In this document: positions 1 to 14,400 of the stretch, piece after piece
Layout: every line of letters begins with the position of its first letter
How positions within the stretch are numbered: the stretch's first letter is position 1
From: Octopus sinensis
Taxonomy: Eukaryota
Length of the DNA: 64,000 bases
Direction: 5' to 3'
NCBI RefSeq assembly: GCF_006345805.1
Contig: NC_043014.1
Span: 12,462,001 to 12,526,000, forward strand
The notes under the pieces: model-generated
Told to the model about the DNA's origin: nothing
The model's input: only the letters and a program-made list of their open reading frames with translations
Database searches by the model: none
Made by a program: the position numbers and the translations under genes

Positions 1-1699
1 GCCAAATCCAACATATTCTTTTCTACTCTAGGCACAAAGCCCGAAATTTTTGGAGAGGGGACCAGTCGATTACATCGACCCCAGTGCGTAACTGGTACTT
101 AATTTATCGACTCCCGAAAGGATGATAGGCAAAGTCGACCTCGGCGGAATTTGAACTCAGAACGTAAAAACAGACGAAATACCTATTTCTTTACTAGCCA
201 CAAGGGGCTAAACACAGAGAGGACAAACAAACGGATTAAGTCGATTATATCGATCCCAGTGCGTAACTGGTACTTATTTAATCGACCCCCGAAAGGATGA
301 AAGGCAAAGTCGACCTCGGCGGAATTTGAACTCACAACGTAATGGCAGACGAAATACAGCTTAGCATTTCGCCCGGCCTGCTAACGATTCTGCCAGCTCG
401 CCAAATCCAACATTTTAGTGGCACAGTGAAGATTTGTAAGACATTCCAGAAATACTCCGAGATTTTCTATGTGAATAGATGCTCGCAATTGGCTGTATGC
501 TTCAACAGTTCAACCAACTCAACCATATATTTACAAACACTGGGAACTCTCTTAACTCCAAAGGTCTTTGTTGCTTTGTTAAGCAACCAGCTTGAACTCT
601 CTCAAGAGCGTAAACTCACAAAAAAATAAATAAATAACACACACATACGCGTGCGCGACTGATTTCTTTGATCTTTCGTTCACCAAACCCACTCACAAGA
701 CCTTGGGTTGCCCAGGGGCTATAGTAGGAGACACTCGCCCAAGGTGTCACGCAGTGGAACTGAACTCGTGACCAAGTTGTTGGTAAGCAAGCTTTTTACA
801 ACGAATGTATAAAAAAAATTGCGTGGATATAAACTCTGTTCTATTCTCTGTCCGGTAACCATTCAATTATAGAAATATTGATTTTTGACAACAGCACAAG
901 GTCTTAAATTTGAAGTGAGGGTGTAGGCAATTAAACCAGAGTTGACATCGGCGGGGTTTGAACTCGGAGCATAAAGAACAGTAATTGCAGGAATATTAAC
1001 AAAGTTTGAAACTTCTAAATTCAGGGAAAAATTAAGGAGTCAAAATTTCATTTCATCTATTTGAAAATTTATATATAAATCAGGGAATGTACTCATGACA
1101 CCTGTAAGTTTAACAAGTTTCCGAACTGCTGTTTTACACCTGGCGTAAAAAGTTTCGGGCACGACTAATGGTTTGTAACAAAAGAAGTTTAAAGTATGGC
1201 TTGAAGATAGAAATAATAATGAATATTTAGCATTTCTTACGATAATATTCCATCACGGATGATTTTTTTCTGAATTACCAAAGGGACATAATAGTAAAAC
1301 ATCCAGTCTTGGAAAAAATGTAGCAGTTTTGGCAAGAAGAGAAACTGACTTAATTTAGAAAACTTATTTTATAAAAAAATAAATTAAAATAAATTAATAA
1401 AACATCACGGTCTTGTATGTGTGCTTTTTTTTAATGCCCTAGTAAAATAAAAATTACGAATGGGTCGGTGCGTGATTAAATATACATTAAAACACATTTG
1501 AAAAACAGTAGTGCTGAGTTAGCGAAATTTAATAATTTTTCAGGTCACCGATGGAAAAGTGAAGTGACAACGTTTATAAAGTGGGTAATTAATGTTGCGG
1601 CTGGATTTTTCTTTTTTAAAAAAAAATGGTCTGGTTTTTCTTTTATAAGATTCGCGGATTTACTATGGGTGTAGACGTTTAAAAGTAAAGTATATATAA

Positions 1700-2388
1700 T
1701 ATAATTTGGAGCGAGTGCGTCAGTGGGGGAAGATGTTTCGTATGGACAGGGACAGATTAATGAAAAGCACCAGCTGAAAACGAGGCTGTGGTGAGGCGGA
1801 GGAATATTGAATAACATCAAAATAGTCAAGATGGCGTCACCATCCATCTCCGTTGTCATTACAAAGCTCTACTGCTCTCCCTACTCGGCAAATTGTCGCC
1901 ACACTGTAGCGATCGAGCATTTACTGCAGTGCTAAGCACCATCTCGCCCCTTTTAACTAAACCGTGATGTCTGTGTATACGCAGTCCAATGAGAAATACC
2001 AACACCTGCGACATCAACAAAATCAGGAGGCGGGAGAAGCTGTTATTGGTTTTACAAGCGCTGACCGTTTCTGTTATTTCCTTCTTTATCAGCCCGTCAC
2101 ATGTATAATCTTTGCTATGAGTGTTTCTTACCAAATTCTTAATATCGATTCGGACATCTGTACTGAAGATCTGAGTGTCACATCTGATAGGAGTGCTAAT
2201 GCTTCCAGCCTGGAGAATCGTCTTTTAGCCCTGGGACAAGATGACAACAGCGTCAGCGAATATTTCAACTGTATCGTTTACCTTCTTTTTAAAATTAACA
2301 CTGTTATCAAGTATAATAATCTCAAAGACAAAATAACCTTTCTCACTGGAACTTTGTTGAGGATAAGTTTATTATAGCATCTTTTCGG
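1700..2388 (+). promoter_or_regulatory. Candidate promoter / 5' leader exon of an unidentified gene
   Basis: CpG-richer island with YY1-like AAGATGGCG; donor cgg|gtaaga at 2389 followed by T-rich intron-like DNA; start position approximate. Confidence 0.4.
1831..1935 (+). CDS. Short ORF / candidate uORF (34 aa)
   Basis: caagATGGCG strong start; MASPSISVVITKLYCSPYSANCRHTVAIEHLLQC*; lies in a repeat-free, CpG-richer island. Confidence 0.35.
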   Translation: MASPSISVVITKLYCSPYSANCRHTVAIEHLLQC

Positions 2389-4676
2389 GTAAGAGCAATA
2401 TTTTCTTTCTTTTCTCTAAAACATCTGTTTATATACTGTGTGTACATGCTCACCCACCTAAAACCTCTTCCCTTATTCACATTACATGCTTGTCGCCGTC
2501 TCTGGTTCTTTTTACTAAATTTATTTATCTTCAAGTGTTTTCTGAATGTTTTTTTCAGAAACCGATGATGTCTTTACTTCCCAATGTTAAAGATAAACTT
2601 TCACACCTGCTCATCACATATTTTTTAAATAATTTTTAAAACATTTCAGATAATTTTAAAGCCATTCTTATAATCACCTACTTTCAAATATTGCATAATT
2701 TTAGAGGTTTCTTTTCTTCCCCCAGTAAAAATAATTGTCAAAGTTAAATTTGTAGAACATCATTACATCCCTAAATTAATATTGTACCAGCATAAACTTT
2801 ATTTTAGTCGACTACCACTGTTCACAAGTCATTTGATACTGTGGTTTCTCTTTTTAAATTCAAACCACACTCTGTCTCTTTGCCATATATTCTCTTTATA
2901 ATATAAATATGTGCCGTGTGTCTTCTATTTAGTAAGAGTGAGGCGATGTGGATGACGATTTTACAGTTTGTTTACTATAGTTTTGGAGGAATTTTCGATT
3001 TGTGCTACACTCTTCCTGGATCCTGCTCATTAAAGCTTCTCTCTCAGGCAACACCAGAATAATATAGTTTTATTATCTCTTGCCAGCCTGTTTTTTATTG
3101 TTATTTTTTAAATTCGTTATTTCATTTGATTTTGTATAAATTTCTACTTCCTTTCTTTCTAATTTTCATAATTATGACATTTTTATGTACATTTTAAAGT
3201 AGTATACCATCTACCAACTTTATAGACAGTACAGTTTATAATATAAATCGATATAATAACTTCGAACCCCAAAACCTTAATAATATTCTAAGAAATTATT
3301 AAGTCCTAATATAAACACAACATATGATTTGCATACAAACTTTAATGTCAATTTTTCTCGATTTTCAATTTATTTTTTCTATTAAATACATGGGATTATT
3401 TTTTCTCGAATCCCTTCATCGTTGTTTGTATTAATTGCCTTTTTTTATTGTCATAAACAATCGATCAGATTGTTCATTAGGCGCAGTTCATCACGATAAT
3501 CTGTTTTCATTAAGTCATACCTAGTTGCTAGTTACAATATGGCTATATCAATCAATCAATAGCCTCATATCTCGATCTTTAATACTAATTCAATTTATAA
3601 GTAGGTATATTCTGCTATATAATTTTTGTCTTAGAGCAAAGTTGGAAATAACTGAATCGTCACACACAACCTCGCTTCGCTATGAATTATATAGCTTTAT
3701 TATTCAAGTGTCATTAATTGTCTAACTAATCGGTTTTTTGAAGACTATTATCTTTTGTGCATGTGAATATTATATACTCCAATTAATTGATAGACGGCGC
3801 AACACATTGACCAGCTAATTCATGTGAAATTAAGAGTACAGGTCCTATCAAACATTGATTATTGTTCCACTTGCTTTGAGTTCAAGTTTGTCATATTAGC
3901 AATTTATATTTATTTCAATAGATAAATTTCAAATTGACACTTCTTTTATTTTAACAATTTAAAAAACGTTTGACGATTTCGTTTTTTTTTTTTTTTTCTT
4001 TATTGTATTTGTCTAATTTAGAGTCGCCTAAAGCTCGAAATTAGGTTTTCTCTTTTTTAAAGAGACATTTGTACATGATTTTTTTTAAAGATTACATAGT
4101 ATGAAAGGAATTAATAATATAAAACTACTATATAACTACAGGTTTTTTTTTTATATATGTCTCTATGAAACATCTAAATTAAATTACATTTAATGTACCA
4201 GTTTTTAAAATATTTAACTTCAGTATTAAAGAACCAACTTTAAATTGTTGGGAACAGTTAATGTTGTTGACATGAGCAGAAATTAGACAAAGAGAACAGC
4301 TGAGTCAGTACTTTATAGGGGATTGGGAAAACTAGAAACTCTATTACAGAATAAGTAAAAACCTTTTTTTATGTTAGCTGGTTTTAGCTTTTTCTTCTTA
4401 AGTAAATTTATATAACGTTTGTCTGTAAGAGCTTTACGAATTTATGTTTTAAGACTGTTTGATTCCCATTAGTTTGTCAGTGTGGGATGTAGGACAATTT
4501 TTTAAGGTATTTTCTCTTAGCTGTTTGCTGTTACGGATTTACTTGAAAATTATCCATTCAGCTGAGACTGATGGAAGTCAGCGAAGCATTAAATCATTCG
4601 TTTACTTTAAAAAAAAATTCTTACTCCATTATTGACCTGTATTGAGTTTTCATTATTTTATTAACACACACACGCG

Positions 4677-4726
<50 letters not shown>

Positions 4727-5964
4727 CATCATCGTCGTTTTTAATGTCCTCTTCACTTTTCCATGCTTACATGGGTCAGGCGGATGTTTGACGCTCGGAT
4801 GTTATTCCTGTCTTCAATATTCACGTGTTTCTAAGCAAGGTAATATTTCCCCGTGACTGGATGTTTTACCATTGAAGATTGGAAATACGAAACACTGCTT
4901 GTATGACGGTGGCACTCATTTACAACTATCACGCGATGTCACGACAAGAGAGCACACACATATGAATACATATATATAGTGTAAATGCAAAGAACAAAAA
5001 AAAAAAAAAACGCAGGATGGATAACTTTTAAGAAACATGGTATTAGCTTAATGCTTTAACAGGAAGAGAAAGCTGTAACGTTTCAGATATTAGTTCTTCA
5101 TCAAAGGAAAGAGAAAAAGAATAGGGCGAGTGGGAAAGAGGAATAGTCAATGAGAGAAGAAATAATGAACATGAGGTCAGGAAACAGATGGGCATGAAAT
5201 TTGAAGGGAGCAGAGGGTGGATGTATATGTGCTAATGTAGGAGTGTATTCGTGTCTGGAAGCAGACTTATTGGGTGGGGTATGTGGGGTATTTGGGAGAA
5301 GTGTAGTGTGTATGTGTGTAGGGGGTGACTATGTAGTCATTAAGTATGTGTGAAGAAAATGTGGAAGTGAAAAGGTTTGAGCAGGTGTGAGAGTTGAGGC
5401 AGATGGGAAGGCCGGAAGAATGTGGAAGGGGTGATAGATATGTGCAAGGATGTGAGTGTGAGATGGTTTTTCATGGAAGAAAGGATGGGTGTAAAATAAA
5501 CAAAAGGTGCAAGTGTGACTGTGGTAAGAAGTTAGCTTTGTAGACATATGGTCATGGGTTCTGAGTGTCATTCCTACTGCTTGGCAGCTTGAGCAAGTGT
5601 CTTCTACTATAGCCACGAACTGACCAAAGCTTTGTGAGTGAATTTGGTAGAAGGAAACTGAAAGAAGCCCATTGTGTATATATATAGATATAGGTATATA
5701 TAAATATATATTGGCTCCAATAAAGGAAAAATATATAATGACCATTATTTTTAGCTTGTTTCTTATGTATCACTCTGTGTAAAAACCAGTTTGTCTGGAG
5801 CTCATCCATGGATTTACAATATAGAATTATGATGAACCATAACTTTTGGGCCTTTCCATAAGAATGCTTGGAGTTCTTCACTAATCTAAATATTGTTAGC
5901 CTGGTGTGCCACAGAGCTTATGAAGTATTTTGCTCAGATTGATAATTAGTTCTCTCTCTCTCTT

Positions 5965-6002
<38 letters not shown>

Positions 6003-6225
6003 ATAATAAAATATTAGGGAATAAATCCAAACTTACAGGGAAAAATCAGATTTAGGATTGAATCCAATTTTATAGTAAAATATTATATTATATTAAATTA
6101 GAGATAAAACCACTATTAGGCAAATCAAACAATGAAAAACTTAAGCCAATACATAGAATTAATTAAATTATATTATTTTAAATATATATCAAAATTATTA
6201 AAAATTTAATAAAAGATAATGAGTA

Positions 6226-6300
6226 AAACACTACGATCGTTTCATGGCTGTCCAATTCTTAATAATTCGAGTTATGGTTACAGTCAATCTTCAGGTGATT
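6226..6300 (-). ncRNA. Minimal type I hammerhead ribozyme motif
   Basis: aaucac-CUGAAGA-[ugacugu...acagcca]-GAAA-CGAUCG-UA-guguuu; intact core boxes and palindromic stem III. Confidence 0.65.
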
Positions 6301-7329
6301 GAAATATTTATCTTAGCGAGGTTTAGCCTAATAGTGGTATTATCTCTAATTTAACATTATATATATAGGGAGAGTTTACGAAAAAAACAAAAGACGAAGA
6401 CAGGTGGTGTACAAAACGAACAGATGTATTAGTATAACGCTCAGGAATAGAAAAACGGACACAGAAAAAACAAGGAGAGAAAGAATATATATATATATAT
6501 ATATAGTGTGAGAGAGACAGGGAGATTTATGAGTGTGTGTTTTGTGTCAGTGTTTGTCTCCTTCCAGACAACTGTTGTCAGTACGTTTATGTCCCATAAC
6601 TTAGCGGTTTGGCAAAAACAACCGATAGAATAAGTACCAGGCTTTAAAAAAGAAGCAAAATAAGTACTGGGGTCAATTTGTTTGACCAAATATTCTTCAA
6701 GGCAGCATTTCAAGATGGCCGTAGTCTGATGACTGAAACAAGTGAAAGAGAAAAGAAAGAATAATTAAGAGCTCTGTGAGAGAAGAGAGATTGAAGAATA
6801 AATTAAGAAAAAGCATTCAAGAATTACAGGACACTGGGAAAAAGCCTGGAAGAGGATTGATGGAGTGTCCAAAGGGTTATGAGAAACTTATGTTTAAAAA
6901 AATATTTGGTGGAGCAAATGAGAAGCCAAGAGTAATGTGGAGGGTGTGACAGATGGAGTGAATGTGAAATGTTTTATCAAAGAAATAAAAGCAAAAGTAT
7001 TCTAGGAAGAGGAGAAAAGAGTAAAAAAAACTTCTTTTTTTTTTTTAAATTACAAAACTGGTAAAAAATCTGGAGAGATTTCATGAGTGTCTAAAAGATG
7101 GTAAGGAATTAGTAAAATCCTCAAGGAGGAGATTCTGGTTAATTTCACTGAGAGGTAGCTGTGTTGAATGATTAAGAGCAGCAATGCAAAATATTAAAGG
7201 GTTAGCTAAAGGTGCAGGGTGTGAAACAATTTGGTAGGGTTTGAAGGATAAAAAAATCTGTTTAGAAGAGTGAAGAAAAAAAGGGAGGTAAGTAGTAGCT
7301 GAAACAATGTGTGTGTGTGTGTGTGTATT

Positions 7330-9200
7330 ACCTAAAGAGTTGGTGGTAATAAACAGGAAGTGGAGAGGGAAGGAAAGTGTAATACACAGCTGTCAAGGAA
7401 AGCAGGACTGGTGAAGTGGGCGGTGTGCATCCTGATACCAGTTCGTGTGTGTATATATGTATGCATGTATAAGTGGAGAAAAAAGTGTGAAACATGTAGA
7501 GAGCTGGTGGTTGGTGTTGGTATGTTTCAGGGAGACAATTGGTGGTTGAATGGCTGAGTATGTGTGGGTATATATGTGTGAGTGTGCTGGGATGTAGGGG
7601 ATAAGATGGTAGAAGAAATGAGGTGGTTGCAAATGTGTGTATGTATGTAGAAACAGTTGGTGTGTTGAGAGCATGTGCTTTGGTGCAGAAGTGGTGTTGA
7701 GGGCTTGTGCTTTGATGCGAAAGTGGTGTCAGTACTGGGGAAAGATGTGAGTGGAGGGCATCAGAGAAATGGGGAGGAATGATATAGTGATGGAACAGGC
7801 GAAGTGAAAAAGTAAGAATTGAGGCAGAGAATCCGGACCAAAAGGCATATAAGTTTGGAGAGAGAAAATGAGTTCCTGTTCCCACTGGAGGTGAGTGGTA
7901 TGGGATCATGGTGGGTAGCCATGCAGAAGATCAAAGGAATTGAGTGGAATGGTCGGCAGAATGGAAATATGAAGAGACAGGTGAGCCGTTGCTAGTGTCA
8001 GATATCAGTGAGGTGTTCCACAAACCTGTTAACCCTTTGGTAGCTGATTTGTCCCAGGGTACATATATCAGATTACTAGAGGTATGGCAACAACAGTCCC
8101 TAATATGAAGGGAATGGAAGTTGGATCCAATGAGGATGGTGGTGTTAGAAAGGAAAGGGCAGTTAGGGTAGCATTGACAGAAGCAAGGAAGAGATTTAGG
8201 AGGGAACAAGATGTAGGGAGCTATGGAAGAGGAGGCTGTAGAGGTTTTAGCACACTTAAAGGCATAAATGAGTGGATGAGAGTGGCAGCATTAGATTGTA
8301 GGCAATGGAAGAGGCAGAGGATGGTGCTTTGTAAGGGCAGAGTGGTAGGTAAGAGGAAAAGGAATGCAATGGATAAGATTACAGACACAGGGTGTAAAGG
8401 CTGAGATATGACCAATGCAGGAAGGGGTAGCTTGGATTGGAGAGAAGTCAGTGGACAGATTGTGTTGAGCTTGGGTTTTGAAGTCATATTTACAGCTGCA
8501 GAGGTGTCAGAGGCAGAAACTGGAATAGAAACACTTGGTGTGTGTAGGGTATGAAGAGGAGGAGTCAAAGTAGGAGTTGGTGGGTTTCTAGAAGATGGCA
8601 GGAGAGGGTGAAGATAAGATGGTCAATGGAGATGGTGGTGTTGAAGGAATGAAGGGAGCTGTCAGATTTGGAGAGAGGTGTGAAATGAGTTGATGAAGGT
8701 GATGGAAGAGTTTCGCTCCTTGCAGGAGAGAGATGTGCTGATACAGTCAAGGCAAAATGGCCATATAGCTGTGAAGTGGGGACAAATTTTGAGGCTTGAT
8801 GTAACTAACAAATAAGCTGACATAGTTGGGTACTATTCTTTGTTTCTAGAGCAACTGCAGTGACTTAATTGTAAATTTTGCCTGTGAAGAATAAACAATT
8901 GAGGAACAAGGATAAATTGTGGTGCAGGGTGTGAAGGACATGTTTGAAGGTGCAGAAGACTTCATCTTTAGGAATGACAGTGTCTGTGCATTGATATCCA
9001 TGGAGAAAATGAGGCAAGAGGAAGCTGGTGGGAGAATGAGGCATTAAAAAACAGAGCATGTTTGATGTCATGGATGTGGGGAGAGAGAAAGGAGAGCAAT
9101 TTGGGTAGGGGTTACAAAGAGGCTGTCGAGGTAGGTGAAAATGGGATGTGGTAGTAGCAATTAGAGGTGTGAGGAGGAGGAGGATGTCAAGGTAAGCAGT
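7330..9200 (-). mobile_element. Highly degenerate Penelope-like element
   Basis: Purine-skewed tract; remnants FFTGKIYN/VALETK (RT), TSSNLIY and SPVSSYFHSADHS (GIY-YIG region). Confidence 0.6.
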
Positions 9201-10759
9201 TGCATACATATGACAGGCTTGCTCTATTTTTTTTTACAGGGCTCAGGTCAGCCCAGTGCTATGGTAAAAGACACTTGTGCAAGGTGCCACACAGTGCTAC
9301 CAAACCTGAAACCATGGTTAGAAAGCAATGCCTGGTGCCTTGCTGTACTCAAGAAGACTTGTGCTCCACAGCAGAAGTGTTAAGGCCAGACCCCCTGGTG
9401 ATGAAGATTAGCCTGCAAGAGTCCTATGTCATGTAAAAAACACTTGTGCCGGTGCCACATGAAAATGCTTGTGCGATACCATGTAAAAGCACCCGGCACA
9501 CTCTGTAAAGTGGTTGGCATTAGGAAGAGCATCCATAGAAACCATGCCGAATCAGACTGGAGTCTGGTGCAGCTCCCCAGTTTGCCAGCTCTTGTTAAAC
9601 CGTCCAACCCATGCTAGCATGGACAACAGACATTAAATGATGATGATCTATATGTAGAAGTACACTTCCATACATGTATGTGTGTGTGTGGAAAGAATTT
9701 ATTTTACTGGTTTACTGACTGTAGCTATCCCTAGGCGTCTAGCTGTGATCCTAGTACACTTCTTGCGCACCCATAGGTACTACTACACCATATGAAATTT
9801 CTACTTAGTCATTTCCTGCATATCAATAATTAGCCATTTCCTTGAAGGCAGTAGAGTCCTGTCTTCTCTCCTTACTCACTAAAACTTTAATCTTCTCTAA
9901 GTTTACTTGGAAGCCTCTTGATTCTAGGTTTTATTTCCACATCTGGAATTTCTCTAAATCTTCCACTGATTCGGCATGGTGTCTATGGCTGGATACCCTT
10001 CCTAACGCCAACCACTTTACAGAATGTGCAGGGTGCTTTTACATGGTATCGCACAAGCATTTTCATGCTGGCACCATGTTAAAAGAATTATGTTAAAAAG
10101 CACCCGGTACACTCTGTGGAGTGGTCGGTGTTAGGAAGAACATCCAGCTATAGAAACCATACCAGAACAGGCAATGGAGCCTAGTGTGAGCCCTGGCCTT
10201 ACCAGCTCTGTTCAAATTGTCCAGCCCATGCCAGTATGGAGAACAGACATTAAATGATGACGAGTTCCCATGGACAGCTAGTCTTGAACTTCTCTATTGT
10301 CGTTAAGAGAATGCTGAGAGCCAAGTTTTAAGGGACATCTTCCTGTATCTTCACAGCTTCCATTGCCAACTCTCACATAACTGACTGCTTCTCTATGAAT
10401 GGTATTCATTGCTCTGACAAGCCTTTCATCTACATTTGATTTTCTTGAAGACCACTAGACTACAGTTTGTTGTGTCCCATGAAAGGCTTCTCCAGATTCA
10501 ACAAGTGCAAGATAGAGAAATTTACTCTTAGCATTAGTAATACTTCAACCTGGTATAAATTAAAAACATCTTATCTGATTCAAGCTGATTACCTTCCTAA
10601 TTAGTTGCATTAAAATAATTACACTACTACACAGCTATTGGGGTACCTTCCTGTATAACTGAGTGACCAGCTTGAGCCCCACTTCACCAGATATTTTATC
10701 TCAGACTGCATTTCAAACTGACAACTTTATGCTCACTGTGGTCTCGCACCTCTTGAAAG

Positions 10760-11085
10760 AACTCTTCTGACGAAGAGACTAGTGGTTTGATCACTTTTTA
10801 TGGTGCCCTCATGACTAACTCCTCTTGAAGGTGATAGCACCAGATCCTCCTCTGGGTTGGCATAAGTGGAGAGGTGGTCAGTTGAAGACATGGCTCATGA
10901 CAGTCAAAGCCGATATGGAGCTCATTTCTGGCCCTCAAGTCTTTGGCATTCATCACTGGAACCTAGAATGGCTTCAACATGCTGCAGAATCGGCTGCCAA
11001 TGGACATGCCTTGACCCATGATGCAGTGAACTAGATAGGAGCTGGTTTAACCTCTCCTGGGTGAATGCTGTTGCAAGACAAGAAA
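10760..11085 (+). mobile_element. RTE-like LINE 3' end fragment
   Basis: GWHKWRGGQLKTWLMTVKADME...W; caag-like tail. Confidence 0.6.
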
Positions 11086-11544
11086 CCAAGATATTTTAGC
11101 ATCTCATTGACTATCCCCTGCTAGACCTGCTGTTTTCTCTGTTGTCATGTTCTTAGTGACCATTTTGTTCATATTGTTCCCCTCAGTAGCTGGTCCTTCT
11201 GTCGGGTATTATCGGGATATTTCCTTTTCCTTCTATGCATTTCAACACATATCAACTTGTAGTAACATTTCCAAGCCTCTTGTCAATAGTTAGGGTAAGT
11301 GCACCACTGTCTTTTGAACATACTTTTCCCCAGCAGTGTCTTGATTAATTCTCACATACTACTTTACAATCTGGGACACCTCAAACATCTGATCCTCTCC
11401 ACACAGAAAATTGGCAAACCACCAGCTTTCAGCTTCTCTCTATGTTGTTTGTGTAAACTTGTTGTTTACTTACTGTTCTTTTTTTCCAGTCTTTCTTGGC
11501 TTGTCTTTTAGGATTTGTATTCTATCTACAATAATATGTGCTAA

Positions 11545-12812
11545 AACAAATCAAAATAGATGATCATCAATGGAATCTGTATCTCTGTGGTACCAGTGCT
11601 GGTGGCACACAAGAAAACCATTCGAACGTGGCTGTAGCCAGTACCGCATCGACTGGCCTCCGTGCTGTGGGCACATAACAAACGCCATCCGATCGTGGCC
11701 GTTCGCCAGCCTCATCTGGCACCTGTCCGAAGACCCGGCAAGACTAGTCAGGCCATAGCCCGTGGCCCCTTCCTGGGACGTAGTCAGTCCACCTGTGCAT
11801 ACCTTCCTTCTTATGACACTTGTGAAGACCTGTTGAGGCAAGTGCAAATCAAATCAAATCAAATGACACTTGTGAAGACCTGTTGAGGCAAGTGCTAATC
11901 TAATCAAATCAAATGACACTTGTGAAGACCTGTTGAGGCAAGTGATAATAATAATAATAATCATAATCATAATCATAATCATAATCAAATCCAATCAAAA
12001 CAAATCAAAATAGATGAACATCAATGGAATTTGTATCTTTGTGGTACCAATGCCGGTGGCACACAAGAAAACCATCCGAACGTGGCGGTAGCCAGTACCA
12101 CATCGTGCTGTGGGCACGTAACAAACACCATCCGATCGTGGCCGTTCGCCAGCCTCCTCTGGCACCTGTGTTGGTGGCACATAAAAACACCATCCAAAGA
12201 CCCGGCAAGACTAGTCAGGCCATAACCCGTGGCCCCTACCTGGGACGTAGTCAGTCTACCTGTGCATACCTTCCTTCTTATGACACTTGTGAAGACCTGT
12301 TGAGGCAAGTGAAAATCAAACCAAATCAAAATAGATGAACATCAATGGAATTTGTATCTTTGTGGTACCAGTGCCGGTGGCACACAAGAAAACCATCCGA
12401 ACGTGGCCGTAGCCAGTACCGCATTGACTGGCCTCCATGCTGTGGGCACGTAACAAACACCATCCGATCGTGGCCGTTCGCCAGCCTCATCTGGCACTTG
12501 TGTCGGTGGCACATAAAAACACCATCCGAGCGTGGCCATCTGCCAGCCTCGTCTGGCACCTGTGTCGGTGGCACATAAAAAAAAAACACCATCCGAGCGT
12601 GGCCGTTCGCCAGCCTCGTCTGGCACCTGTGTCGGTGGCACATAAAATCACCCACTACACTCTCGGAGTGGTTGGCGTTAGGAAGGGCATCCAGCTGTAG
12701 AAACACTGCCAGATCTGACTGGCCTGGTGCAGCCTTCGGGCTCCCCAGACTCCAGTTGAACCGTCCAACCCATGCTAGCATGGAAAGCGGACGTTAAATG
12801 AGGATGATGATG
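11545..12812 (+). repeat. Compound array of the (GAT)n-tailed repeat family
   Basis: Three ~300-bp modules with internal ~62-bp units; ends ccatgctagcatggaaagcggacgttaaa(tga)n. Confidence 0.85.
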
Positions 12813-13339
12813 TCACTTTTTATCTGGTTTAAACATTGCTCCAACCATGAAACTGGTCTTAGCTTTCAGCAAGTAGTCTTGTAGAAACTACATGTCCTTT
12901 ATAGGTTTCTTACCTATCCCTATACCTTGTTATATGAGAACCTTTCCAAAATTATGTTTAACAGAAAGATGTTTCCTTTTCCATACTTTCCTTTGCCACT
13001 GTTTTTGTCTTTTGCTCATTTAGGACTTATTCTGAGGTTACTAATCATTCATTATGTTGAATTGTATTTGGTTCGGAAAGAAATTCCTGTTGAATGCTTC
13101 TTTGGTCTTCATTGACATATTTAATCCTTCAGTATTCAGATTTCTTTATCAAATGTAATGCTTATTATTCACATTGATAAAAAAATTAGCCATGCATTAC
13201 CTCGTAGCTGTGAGAATTCATTGATGTGATTGTTTAATTTGGAATAATATTGCAGGGTAAGTGTGAGAGGCCAGATCTGGCCTGTTTGAACATGAAACGG
13301 GTAGAATATTTTGGCCAGTTTAAACGGCTAGAGAGTTAA

Positions 13340-14400
13340 TCAAGATATTTCCTCTCATTATCTCTAACATAATCCCATCTATTTAGCAAACTGTTATTCC
13401 TTTAGGTATGAAATTCTTCAGGGTTCAAAACAAAGAAACACCCAATATCATTTTTAGTCTCTTCACATTAACCCTTTTTTTTGTTACCATATTTCTGTTG
13501 AGATGCTCTGTGTTTCTTTCAATTAATTTTAAATATAACAAAGAATTTAGTAAAATAACTTCGTTATCATTAAGCTTGTGTTAGGAACATAAATTGTGAC
13601 TAAGGTTTGGTGGAAGATTTTAATTCAGAACTTTTGAAAACAAGATATTTTACCAGAGAGCCAGAGGCGGTTTGGTATCAAAAGGGTTAATAAACTGTTT
13701 TCCTTCTAATGTTGCAATGATTGTCAGATTGAACAAAATCAGGATAGTTTAAGCAAGATGAAGCAGAACCTCCATATTTTGTGTAGTGTTTCCAACTGAT
13801 GACGCAACTTTGCATTAACTATTTCTTTTTAGTTTAACACTTCTTGACAGATTACACCCTTCATATCCCACTAAACACACAGCATAACCTTTTTGGGTTG
13901 TCCTGATTTGGGAATGGATTCTCCTTTCTCATTGGGTGCTAACCATTGTTGTTTTCATTAGATGACTATAGAGAACCCACTTTTCATCACTTGTGATGAT
14001 TCTACCTGGGAACAGTTCAGTTGTTAGTCTACTCTTCAGTGAGAATTAAAGAGAAACTCTTTGATCAAGCTGAGAAGCAGCCAGACAATGAAGGACCCAC
14101 TGACCCCGTTTAGACAGTTTTTCTAGTTCATGAAGATGTTTTATGATTGAAATGTAACTTGACTTGAACTGTTTACAAATTCACATGCGATTTGCTTTGG
14201 ATTTGCCTCAACTACAGTTTTCAGGAGCTCAGCATTGACAAAACTTGATCATCTAGATTGAGGGGAATTTGTAAGAGAAAAATTTCCAAAGTGAAACTGG
14301 ACCATTCATCGTTGGCATATCCAGACACATAGCTTCGAATGCTAAAGAGTTCTTTTCAAGTTATCTGATATGGGTCTGATCTAAACTCATTTTAAAAGAG
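13340..14400 (-). mobile_element. Degenerate mariner transposase remnant
   Basis: GQWVLH (WVPHEL-like), RIITSDEKWVLY, PKKVMLCV*WDMKGV, LLNRWDYV; interrupted by a MITE at 13469-13692. Confidence 0.8.

Noticed and set aside
1955-1995. Antizyme-like +1 site (CCG-TGA-TG)
   Set aside because: The shifted frame stops within 8 codons and shows no antizyme similarity
7328-9209. His/Pro/Thr-rich ORFs as host genes
   Set aside because: Products of strand skew in a decayed Penelope-like element
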